Shown here piece by piece: positions 40,167-47,954 of a stretch of 64,000 nucleotides of DNA. Origin of the DNA: an uncultured Actinomycetota bacterium (lineage in GTDB: Bacteria; Actinomycetota; Actinomycetes; JAFAQI01); contig CAVYQE010000011.1 in assembly GCA_963770565.1 (NCBI GenBank), positions 160,001 to 224,000 on the forward strand, written 5' to 3'. The notes beneath the pieces are model-generated. The model was not told the DNA's origin, did not search any database, and worked only from the letters and a program-made list of their open reading frames with translations. Position 1 is the first letter of the stretch; each line of letters starts with the position of its first letter. Position numbers and translations under genes: made by a program.

Positions 40167-42534
40167 GCGCGCGCCAGACGAGCTCCGGCGTGATCGGGAG
40201 GCGGTCGAGCTCGACGCCGAAATCGCTGAGCGCGTCGCAGATCGCGTTCGCAACGGCGGCGCCCACCGGGATCGTGCCGACCTCGCCCACCCCGCGGATC
40301 CCCAGCGTGGTCACCGGTGACGGCACCGCGGTGTGCAGCAAGTCGGTCGGCGGAAGATCGCAGATGGTCGGGGCGAAGTAGTCCATCATCGTGCCGTTGA
40401 GGAGCTGGCCGCTCTCGGCGTCGTACCGGAGCTCCTCGCCGAGGGTCTGGCCGAAACCCTGCGCGATGCCGCCCCGGACCTGCCCTTCGACCAGCTTCGG
40501 GTTCAGCGGGGTGCCGCAGTCGTGCACCATGAGGAACTGCTCCACGTCGAACTCGCCGGACTCGGCGTCCACGGTGACAAGTGCAGCTGCGGTTCCGAAG
40601 GAGTACGCGGCTTGGAGCGGTTCGAAGTACGCCGTCTCGTCGAGCCCGGGCACCTGCCCGGCGGGGAGACCCTGGCCGAGGATTCCACGGTTGAACACGC
40701 TCGAGAGCGGCACCATGAGGCTCGGGTCGAGGCGGGACTGGACGGCCGAGCCGACGATGTCGAGGGTGTCCGGATCGTCGACCTCGAGCATGTGCGCGGC
40801 GAGCGCGAGCGTCTTCGCGCGCAGCCTGGTGCACGCCTCGCGCAGGGCGCCGGAAGCGGCGATCACCGTCCGGGAGGCGAAGGCGCCCGAGTTGAGCGGG
40901 GAGGACTGCGTGTCGCCGGCGTGCACGGTGACCGCGTCGTAGTCGCAGCCGAAGAAGTCGGCGCACATCTGAGCGAAGACCGTCTCGCTGCCCTGGCCGG
41001 CGCTCGAGATGCCGGTGTAGACGTCGAGGCTGCCGGAGCGGTTCGCCCGGACGGTGACGCTCTCATGGGCCCCGAAGTCCGTTCCCCGCCCGGCGAGGAA
41101 CTTGCCTCCTGCGTACCCGGTCCGTTCGACGTAGGAGGAAAACCCGATGCCTTGATACCGGCCGTCCGACAGCCTCGGCCCGCGCCCGGCTCGGCAGTGG
41201 CCGGCCCAGTCGACCGCCTCCGCGGCCATTCGGAGACAGCGCTCGTAGTCGCCGCTGTCATAGATCGCCCCGGTGGGGTTCACCCAAGGGTGTTCCTCGG
41301 GCTTGACCATGTTCATCGCGCGCAGCTCGACCGGGTCCATGCCAAGGCGCCTGGCGAGGGTGTCGATGAGCCGTTCGTAGGCGAAGTTGACCTCAGGCTG
41401 GCCGTATCCGCGATACGCGCCGATCGGCGTCTTGTTGGTCAGAACGACCCGGCGCTCGACGAACCCGTCGTCCACCTTGTAGGGCCCGTTGAAGACGACG
41501 GTCGACAGCTGCGAAGACCCCACCGGTGAGTTCAGGCCGCCGATGTCGTTGACGTAGTGGTCGCTCATCGCGAGGATCCGGCCGTCTGCCCGGGCGGCGA
41601 TCCGGTAGTCGTGGATCGACTCGCGACCGTGCGTGGTCGCCCGGAAGTGCTCGTTGCGATCCTCGACGAACTTCACCGGCCGGCGCAGCGAGATTGCGTG
41701 CAGGCAGGCGATCACGTCTTCGGGGTAGGCCCCGATCTTCAGCCCGAAGCCGCCGCCGACGTCGGTGGCGACCACGCGCACCTCGCTCTCGTCGATGCAC
41801 AGCGACTCCGCGAGTTGCTTTCGAACCAAATGGGGCGTCTGGGTCGACGTGTGCACGGTCAGCGCCCGGGCGCGGGGCCGCCAGTCGGCGAACACCGACC
41901 TGGTCTCCATCGGCAGCCCGGTGACCCGGTTGATGAAGAACCGCCCCTCGACCACGACATCGGCTTCCGCCATCCGGGCCTCGACGTCGCCGGCACCTTC
42001 GGGCCCGGTGACGAGCAGGTTGGAGTCGAGCACATCCGGCCGGATCACCGGCGCGTTTGGCGACAGCGCGGACAGAACGTCCGAGACGTGCGGCAGCGGC
42101 TCGTACTCGATCTCGATCAGCTCGAGCGCGTCCTCGGCGACGTGCCGGCTCCTGGCGGCAACGCTCACGACCGGCTGTCCTTCGTACGTCGCGACGTCCG
42201 AAGGGATCGGATAGTGCGGGATGGTTGGTGCACCGGGCACCGGGCGCAGGATGCCGATCGGCTTGGTTCGCCTCATCGCTTCCGCTCCGGTGATGACCTG
42301 CATGACGCCGTCAAGCGCGAGGGCCGCCGAGGCGTCGATCGAGATGATCCGCGCGTGCGGGAAGGGACAGCGGCCGACCGCCATCTCGACCGCGTGCGCG
42401 CGGTCGACGTCGTCGGCGAACTGGCCGGCTCCGCAGAGCAGTCGCTCGTCCTCCTTGCGGGGTGCCGCCGTTCCGATCACACGCGTTGCGTCGCGCGCGG
42501 GCGCCTCGGCTTCGCGGGTCGCTAGCTCAGTCAC
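40144..42534 (-). CDS. Mo-hydroxylase large subunit, copy 2
   Basis: Full-length close paralog of 37776-40166 with AYRGYGQPE and RGVGEVG; convergent, with 3' ends overlapping by 23 bp. Confidence 0.9.
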   Translation of the reverse strand: MTELATREAEAPARDATRVIGTAAPRKEDERLLCGAGQFADDVDRAHAVEMAVGRCPFPHARIISIDASAALALDGVMQVITGAEAMRRTKPIGILRPVPGAPTIPHYPIPSDVATYEGQPVVSVAARSRHVAEDALELIEIEYEPLPHVSDVLSALSPNAPVIRPDVLDSNLLVTGPEGAGDVEARMAEADVVVEGRFFINRVTGLPMETRSVFADWRPRARALTVHTSTQTPHLVRKQLAESLCIDESEVRVVATDVGGGFGLKIGAYPEDVIACLHAISLRRPVKFVEDRNEHFRATTHGRESIHDYRIAARADGRILAMSDHYVNDIGGLNSPVGSSQLSTVVFNGPYKVDDGFVERRVVLTNKTPIGAYRGYGQPEVNFAYERLIDTLARRLGMDPVELRAMNMVKPEEHPWVNPTGAIYDSGDYERCLRMAAEAVDWAGHCRAGRGPRLSDGRYQGIGFSSYVERTGYAGGKFLAGRGTDFGAHESVTVRANRSGSLDVYTGISSAGQGSETVFAQMCADFFGCDYDAVTVHAGDTQSSPLNSGAFASRTVIAASGALREACTRLRAKTLALAAHMLEVDDPDTLDIVGSAVQSRLDPSLMVPLSSVFNRGILGQGLPAGQVPGLDETAYFEPLQAAYSFGTAAALVTVDAESGEFDVEQFLMVHDCGTPLNPKLVEGQVRGGIAQGFGQTLGEELRYDAESGQLLNGTMMDYFAPTICDLPPTDLLHTAVPSPVTTLGIRGVGEVGTIPVGAAVANAICDALSDFGVELDRLPITPELVWRALNDKVRQ

Positions 42535-42741
42535 TCTGATCCCACCGGTCGACAGTCGCGGGTGCACGCGCACGGCGCACCACGTGGTCGCGTCAAAGTA
42601 TCCGCCAACGTATCGGTCGTCCGAGTCGGGCGACTGCTGGACCGATTGCACCGCGTGGGCCGGTGCTATATTCGCGCCTCAAAATCGCCTGGTGCATCAC
42701 CGGCTCGGGGGAGAGACGATTGCGGTCGCTCGACGTCCGGT

Positions 42742-42758
42742 GCTGCGCATGGCGGAAC
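42742..42758 (+). promoter_or_regulatory. IclR-type operator copy
   Basis: GCTGCGCATGGCGGAAC matches the reverse complement of 34066-34082 at 14 of 17 positions. Confidence 0.6.
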
Positions 42759-42819
42759 GGTGTCATCGTCCGACGGATTGTTACTGGGCTCGCCGGACCA
42801 CCGCAATGAGGAGGACGTA

Positions 42820-44664
42820 GTGCCCGACCGACCCGCTTTCCGCAATCCGTACGAGATCGAGACACCGAGCGGGGCAGCGGGCTGGGAGTCGATGTACCCG
42901 TCCTATCTCCTGTTCGGCCCGGAGACCCAGGATGCCGACGAAGGCAAACTCTGGTTCTTCGACCAGATCCACAACCCGGAGCCGGTGTATCCGTTCGACC
43001 TGATGATGCCGGAGAGCTGGCTGGTCTCGTTGAACCAGTACACGACCCGGGTCTGGCAGGTGCCACCGGCGCTCGGGATCGAGCACCGAATCGTCAACGG
43101 CTATCTCTACGTGAGCCCGAACGCGGTCGAGGACGCGGCCGAGATCGCCCGCAGGGAGCCGATCTTCCTCGAGCGTGCCACCCACTACTTCGAGAACTGG
43201 GACACGATCTACGACGAGTGGGTGGCGAAGGTCACCGACTGCATCGATCGGCTGAAGGCAATGCATTTCGAGCCACTCGCTGAGATCGAGCCCGTGGAGA
43301 CGGTGCTGGGGCACCGGGGTACGACGACCGCCTACGACCTGCTCACCGGCTACAGCCGGCTGCTCGAAAATATGCACGAGATGGCCTACTACCACTTCGA
43401 GATGCTGGTCCTCGCCTACGGCGCCTATCTGACTTTTGTCGAGTTCTGCCGTGAGAAGTTCCCGGCGATCACCGACGATCTCGCCGCCCGCATGGTCGCC
43501 GGCATCGACGTGATCCTGTATCGGCCCGATGCCGAGCTCCGTCGGCTGGCCGGGCGGGCGGTCGAGCTGGGTGTGGGGAGTGCGATCAAGGAGGAAGGCA
43601 GCCCGGACGAGGTCCTTGGGCGGTTGCAGACCTCGGAAGCAGGCAAGCAGTGGATCGACGAGCTCGAGCAGGTCAAGGACCCGTGGTTCTACTACTCCAC
43701 CGGAGCGGGATACTGCCACGCAAACCGCGCCTGGATCGACGACATGAGCCTGCCGTTCGCAGCGCTGCGCGACTACGTCACCCGGGTCGAGAACAACGAG
43801 GACCTCTCGCGACCGCTGGAGCATCTGCACTCCGAGCGGGAGCGCATTGCCACCGGATACCGCAACCTTCTCGACGATGCTGAGGCGGCCCAGTTCGACG
43901 AGCTGCTTTCGTTGTCACGTCAGGTCTTTCCGCTGGTCGAGAACCACAACTTCTATGTCGAGCACTGGCACCACTCGATCTTCTTCAACAAGGTGCGCGA
44001 GCTCGGCGCCGTGATGGTGGCGGGCGGCATGCTCGAGCGGGACGACGACATCTTCTTCCTGCACCGCTACGAGGTGTATTCGCTGCTGTACGAGGTCGAG
44101 GCCGCGTGGGCGGTCGCCGTACCGAGTCGAGGGATGCAGACGTGGCGCAAAGAGATCGCCCGTCGGCGCGAGATCTATGCGGCTTTGGAGAAGTGGAAGC
44201 CGCCGCCGGCGCTGGGAGTACCACCCGACGAGATCACCGACCCGATCTCGGTGATCTTCTGGGGGATCACCAGCGAGACGATCGATCGCTGGATCGCGGC
44301 TGAGCACGCGACCGGCATGGAGGACGAGTTCCGTGGCCTCGCCGCGTCGCCGGGCGTCGTGGAGGGCATCGCGAGAGTCGTGCACGGGGTGGAGGAGCTG
44401 GAAGCGCTGGTCGACGGCGAGATTCTCGTCTGTCCAGTGACCGCGCCAAGCTGGTCTGTCGTCTTCGCCCGCATCTCGGCGGCGGTGTCGGACGGCGGCG
44501 GCATCATGTCGCATGCCGCCATCGTGTCCCGGGAGTACGAGCTGCCGGCTGTCGTCGCCACCGGGGTGGGGACCCAGGTGGTACGAACCGGCGATCGCCT
44601 GCGGGTCGACGGTGGCACGGGAGTGATCACCATTCTCGAGCGGGCGGCGGCTGACCCGGCATAG
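42820..44664 (+). CDS. PEP-utilizing phospho-His subunit, copy 2
   Basis: Full-length paralog of 32112-33965; GGIMSHAAIVSREY intact; GAGGAGG RBS. Confidence 0.88.
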   Translation: MPDRPAFRNPYEIETPSGAAGWESMYPSYLLFGPETQDADEGKLWFFDQIHNPEPVYPFDLMMPESWLVSLNQYTTRVWQVPPALGIEHRIVNGYLYVSPNAVEDAAEIARREPIFLERATHYFENWDTIYDEWVAKVTDCIDRLKAMHFEPLAEIEPVETVLGHRGTTTAYDLLTGYSRLLENMHEMAYYHFEMLVLAYGAYLTFVEFCREKFPAITDDLAARMVAGIDVILYRPDAELRRLAGRAVELGVGSAIKEEGSPDEVLGRLQTSEAGKQWIDELEQVKDPWFYYSTGAGYCHANRAWIDDMSLPFAALRDYVTRVENNEDLSRPLEHLHSERERIATGYRNLLDDAEAAQFDELLSLSRQVFPLVENHNFYVEHWHHSIFFNKVRELGAVMVAGGMLERDDDIFFLHRYEVYSLLYEVEAAWAVAVPSRGMQTWRKEIARRREIYAALEKWKPPPALGVPPDEITDPISVIFWGITSETIDRWIAAEHATGMEDEFRGLAASPGVVEGIARVVHGVEELEALVDGEILVCPVTAPSWSVVFARISAAVSDGGGIMSHAAIVSREYELPAVVATGVGTQVVRTGDRLRVDGGTGVITILERAAADPA

Positions 44665-44680
44665 CGGCGGCCCGGGCATC

Positions 44681-44706
44681 GTGTATTTGAATCGGGATCC
44701 GGGTAT
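44681..44706 (+). promoter_or_regulatory. SigB/SigF-like stress promoter
   Basis: GTGTAT-N14-GGGTAT; the same architecture recurs at 45071-45096. Confidence 0.55.
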
Positions 44707-44748
44707 CGACCTTCTAGGTGCAGTACAAGTCACCAGACGGAGGTCATC

Positions 44749-44883
44749 ATGTTGATTGTCGTAGCTCTGATCCTGCTCGTTTTGTTTGCTGGCCTAGGAT
44801 TCGCGGCCCATATCTTGTGGTGGGGTCTGATCATCGCGTTGATCGTCGGTGTCGCGGCGATGCTCACCGGCCGACGGGCGTAG
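44749..44883 (+). CDS. 44-aa hydrophobic small membrane protein (not in ORF track)
   Basis: GGAGG RBS; MLIVVALILLVLFAGLGFAAHILWWGLIIALIVGVAAMLTGRRA*. Confidence 0.75.
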   Translation: MLIVVALILLVLFAGLGFAAHILWWGLIIALIVGVAAMLTGRRA

Positions 44884-44907
44884 CACACGATCAATGGCGA
44901 GCACAGT

Positions 44908-45065
44908 GCGGTAGCCGTTGAGGCAGCTGTCGAGTTGTACGACGATGCGGAACGTTGCGCAGAGCTCGTCGGCCTTCGCTATGTACACGTCGAAAACCGG
45001 GTTGCGCAGGCTCCGAGCTGAAAAGGGTCTCGGCTATCGAGATGCGTTTGGCCGGCGGGCTTGTG
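44908..45065 (+). pseudogene. N-terminal relic of bacterial DNA topoisomerase IB
   Basis: LYDDAERCAELVGLRYV / frameshift / SKTGLRRLRAEKGLGYRDAFGRR resembles the TopIB start (AGLRYVsd..PGIrR.r.gkGFsY.d..G). Confidence 0.55.
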
Positions 45066-45070
45066 GCGAC

Positions 45071-45096
45071 GTGTATGACCCGATGGCACCGGGTAG
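45071..45096 (+). promoter_or_regulatory. SigB/SigF-like stress promoter
   Basis: GTGTAT-N14-GGGTAG upstream of 45141. Confidence 0.55.
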
Positions 45097-45140
45097 ACCA
45101 CTAGAGGGCTCAACGTCATGAGCGCAAATCAATTTTCGCT

Positions 45141-45719
45141 GTGGAGGTACTCGTGTCCGGCTTGCTTCTCACCGTTGTCATCGTTGCCGCAGTCGTTGTC
45201 CTCGCCATCGTGGCCGCGGGCAGTTTGCGGTTGCGTCGGCGTACCGCGTTGAAGGCTCAGTTCGGGTCGGAGTACGACCGGGCCATCGAGGAGAACGATG
45301 GCCGACGTGCTGGAGAGCGCGATCTCAAGGAGCGGACGAAGCGGTACGACCAACTCGACCTGCGGCCGCTTTCCACCGCTGCTGTTGAGCGCTTCCGCGA
45401 CGAGTGGCGGGTCGTGCAGCAGCACTTCGTAGATGCGCCGGCCGAGTCGGTCGCCATGGGTCACTCAGTCCTCACCGCTGCGATGGCGGAGGTCGGCTAC
45501 CCGACTGACGATCAGGACGAGCGAATGTCCTTGCTGTCGGTGGAGAACGCCGACCTGGTCGATCGCTATCGCGCCGGAGTCCGAACCGAGCAGAAGTGGC
45601 GGGAGAACGGCTCGTCGGACACCGAAGAGCTCCGCAAGGCCATGCAGGAATACCGCTCCGTCTTCGACCGGGTCGTCGGAGAAGCGAGTGTCGAGTCCGA
45701 GTCTGCAGAGGTTCGGTAG
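45141..45719 (+). CDS. Conserved membrane-anchored hypothetical protein
   Basis: N-terminal TM; L...FG.EYDR, W..VQ..FVD.P and TEELR.AM..YR motifs. Confidence 0.8.
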   Translation: MEVLVSGLLLTVVIVAAVVVLAIVAAGSLRLRRRTALKAQFGSEYDRAIEENDGRRAGERDLKERTKRYDQLDLRPLSTAAVERFRDEWRVVQQHFVDAPAESVAMGHSVLTAAMAEVGYPTDDQDERMSLLSVENADLVDRYRAGVRTEQKWRENGSSDTEELRKAMQEYRSVFDRVVGEASVESESAEVR

Positions 45720-45855
45720 GCCCGAGGGAGTTCCCTGCCGCATGGTCGGCCGAGGTTCGCCCGTGAAGACCAGCTAGCAGCAGCTGGTGATTGTGCAACG
45801 TTGATCAGTGCGACGCGATCTGCGGATCCGGTCGCCCGGTGTGTGGAGGTCACGC

Positions 45856-46023
45856 GTGAGTGCAAGCAACAAGGTCAAGAACAGCGCCCAGCAGGTGCAG
45901 GGCAAGGCGAAGAGGGCGGTCGGCAAGTCTGTCGGCAACCCGCGGCTCAAGGCAGAGGGTCGCGCGGATCAGGCGAAGGGAAGCCTCAAGCAGGCCGGCG
46001 AGAAGGTCAAGGACGCCTTCTAG
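45856..46023 (+). CDS. csbD: CsbD family stress protein
   Basis: GKAK.AVG...GN..LKAEG.ADQ.KG..KQAGEKVKDAF; GGAGG RBS. Confidence 0.92.
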   Translation: MSASNKVKNSAQQVQGKAKRAVGKSVGNPRLKAEGRADQAKGSLKQAGEKVKDAF

Positions 46024-46036
46024 ACCGATCGAATGC

Positions 46037-46078
46037 CCGTGGGTGCCCCGGCTCAGTTGTTCGCCGGGGCACCCACGG
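46037..46078. terminator. Bidirectional hairpin between csbD and doxX
   Basis: 16-bp perfect stem CCGTGGGTGCCCCGGC / GCCGGGGCACCCACGG. Confidence 0.7.
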
Positions 46079-46120
46079 TCGTGCGGGAGCACGCGTGGTC
46101 GTCCAGCGTCGGCGCGTTGC

Positions 46121-46663
46121 TCAGGCGTGCATGGCGTGCGCGGCCGCTTTGACGCCCCGGCGCCCCACTGACGGCAGGCGGCGGGGGTCAACGGCCGATG
46201 CAAGGTGGTCGAGTTCGTCGCCGGCGTCGCCGGCCAGCCGTTTGGTTCGCCACAGCAAGCTCGGCCGGCCGCCGCGATCGAGCGCGGCGAACACCAGGCC
46301 GCCGAACATGGCCAGGTTCTTGCTGAAGTGCAGTCGCTGCTGAGCCCGGTCCTGCGCCGACTCGGCTTCCCAGAACCGGTGCCCACCCAACGTGGTGGGG
46401 ACCAGCGACGCTGCGAGCACGAGCGCGGACATCCTCGGAAGCCGGCCCAGCACCAGCAGACTTCCGGCCGCGACGTGGACTCCTGCGTTGAGGCGGACGA
46501 GCCGTACGTCGTCGTCCGGCAGCCCGTCGATCGTTTCCCGCGCCTTGTCGATCACCGGCGCGGCCAACTCGGCCTTGGCGCTAGGGGACCGGAGGGTGTC
46601 GATACCTCCGGAGATGAAGACTGCACCGAGGGCAGAGCGGGCGACTAAGCGAAGGGGGTCCAT
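46121..46663 (-). CDS. DoxX family membrane protein
   Basis: PTT.GGHRFWE, F.KNLAM.GGL and D..GRPS motifs. Confidence 0.88.
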   Translation of the reverse strand: MDPLRLVARSALGAVFISGGIDTLRSPSAKAELAAPVIDKARETIDGLPDDDVRLVRLNAGVHVAAGSLLVLGRLPRMSALVLAASLVPTTLGGHRFWEAESAQDRAQQRLHFSKNLAMFGGLVFAALDRGGRPSLLWRTKRLAGDAGDELDHLASAVDPRRLPSVGRRGVKAAAHAMHA

Positions 46664-46729
46664 GAACCCAGTGTGCTCTCGACGCCAGCCGGGTAATCAT
46701 CGATCGGCGACCGGTCGTCCCACGGCGGC

Positions 46730-47455
46730 GTGGCAACGCGAGCGGGACTCGTTGCGGGTCACTCATCGCACCCCTCCTGGATGCAACCGATCGCACCTGC
46801 ATTTCGTCGTCCAGGTGTGGTGAGAGCACTGACGGACCGAGACCGCCCGGTCAGGCCCCGCTGGCGGCCCGGCAAGCTCACCTCAGTGGTCCTAGCCGGC
46901 GCGTTCGCCGTCACTGCCTGGGTCGGCTTCTACGGCGAGTCGCTCGGGTCGGCACCGCCCGGTGCGGTCACCGGGCATCCCCGTTCCGCTCCGTTCCAGG
47001 CTTCGGCTGCCGCGCCTGCGAGCCCGGGGCCGGCCATCCGGAGCGCCCGCCCGGCCAGCCCGTGCCTGCGCAACACCCGGTCGCAGTTGATCGTGGTCAG
47101 TATCGAGCAGCAGCACGAGTGGGCCTGCGCCGGTCGTCGTACCGGCCTGAGCACGGCGGTCACAACCGGCGCCGAACGCCCGGGTGACGCCACGCCGAGA
47201 GGGATGTTCGCCGTCCAGGGGCTCAACCGCAACACCAACCTGACGACCAACCGTGGTCGGTCGTACCGGGTGAAGTACTGGCTCCCATTTCACCTCGGGG
47301 TCTGGGGGTTTCACGACGCCTCGTGGCAGAAGATGCCGTTCGGCAGCAAGCACTACGTCACGCATGGTTCACATGGCTGCGTGCATATGCCGTTGGCGGC
47401 GATCCGGTGGCTGTTCCACTGGGTGCACTACGGCACGCCGGTGCGAATCACCTGA
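46730..47455 (+). CDS. L,D-transpeptidase (YkuD)
   Basis: TP.G.F, GFHDASW and GSHGCVHM motifs; true start probably near 46820. Confidence 0.88.
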   Translation: MATRAGLVAGHSSHPSWMQPIAPAFRRPGVVRALTDRDRPVRPRWRPGKLTSVVLAGAFAVTAWVGFYGESLGSAPPGAVTGHPRSAPFQASAAAPASPGPAIRSARPASPCLRNTRSQLIVVSIEQQHEWACAGRRTGLSTAVTTGAERPGDATPRGMFAVQGLNRNTNLTTNRGRSYRVKYWLPFHLGVWGFHDASWQKMPFGSKHYVTHGSHGCVHMPLAAIRWLFHWVHYGTPVRIT

Positions 47456-47468
47456 CGCACAATGAGGG

Positions 47469-47867
47469 ATGACCAGCGAACCCGAACCGGTGCGCCCGAG
47501 CCGGGCAGTATTGCTCGACGATCTCGGTCGGCTGGATCTGACTGAGTCGCAACCCGTCATCTACGACCAGCCGGTCGGGCTGCGCCTGCTCTTCCGGGAC
47601 CAGGTGTCCGGAGCGGAGCACTACCTCATCCGCTACCCGGCCGGCCTGCGAGCCAAGCGGCACCGCCACTCCGCTGCCCACACGATCGTGGTCGTCGAGG
47701 GTGTCCTGCAGGCAGACGGGCGGCTCCTATCGGCCGGTTCCTACGCGCACTTCCCGGCCGGGACCACGATGCACCACGAGTCCGCGCCGGACCACGACTG
47801 CCTCTTCGTGATCCTCTTCGACGGCCCATTCGACGTGTTCCCCGTCGACGACGACCCCGCAGACTGA
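47469..47867 (+). CDS. Cupin (ChrR-like) protein
   Basis: HRHSAAH..VV.EG and P.GT.H motifs. Confidence 0.8.
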   Translation: MTSEPEPVRPSRAVLLDDLGRLDLTESQPVIYDQPVGLRLLFRDQVSGAEHYLIRYPAGLRAKRHRHSAAHTIVVVEGVLQADGRLLSAGSYAHFPAGTTMHHESAPDHDCLFVILFDGPFDVFPVDDDPAD

Positions 47868-47954
47868 GTCGCAAGCCGGTGCGATCCGGCTGCGACCAGA
47901 TTGCGACTCCCGGCTGCAAACCTCGGTCTGACGGATCGACGGGTTGGGATCGAG

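Noticed and set aside
35725-42534. Aerobic CO dehydrogenase (coxMSL/coxG)
   Set aside because: Both large subunits have AYRGYG, not the form I AYxCSFR motif, and the context is pyridine catabolism.
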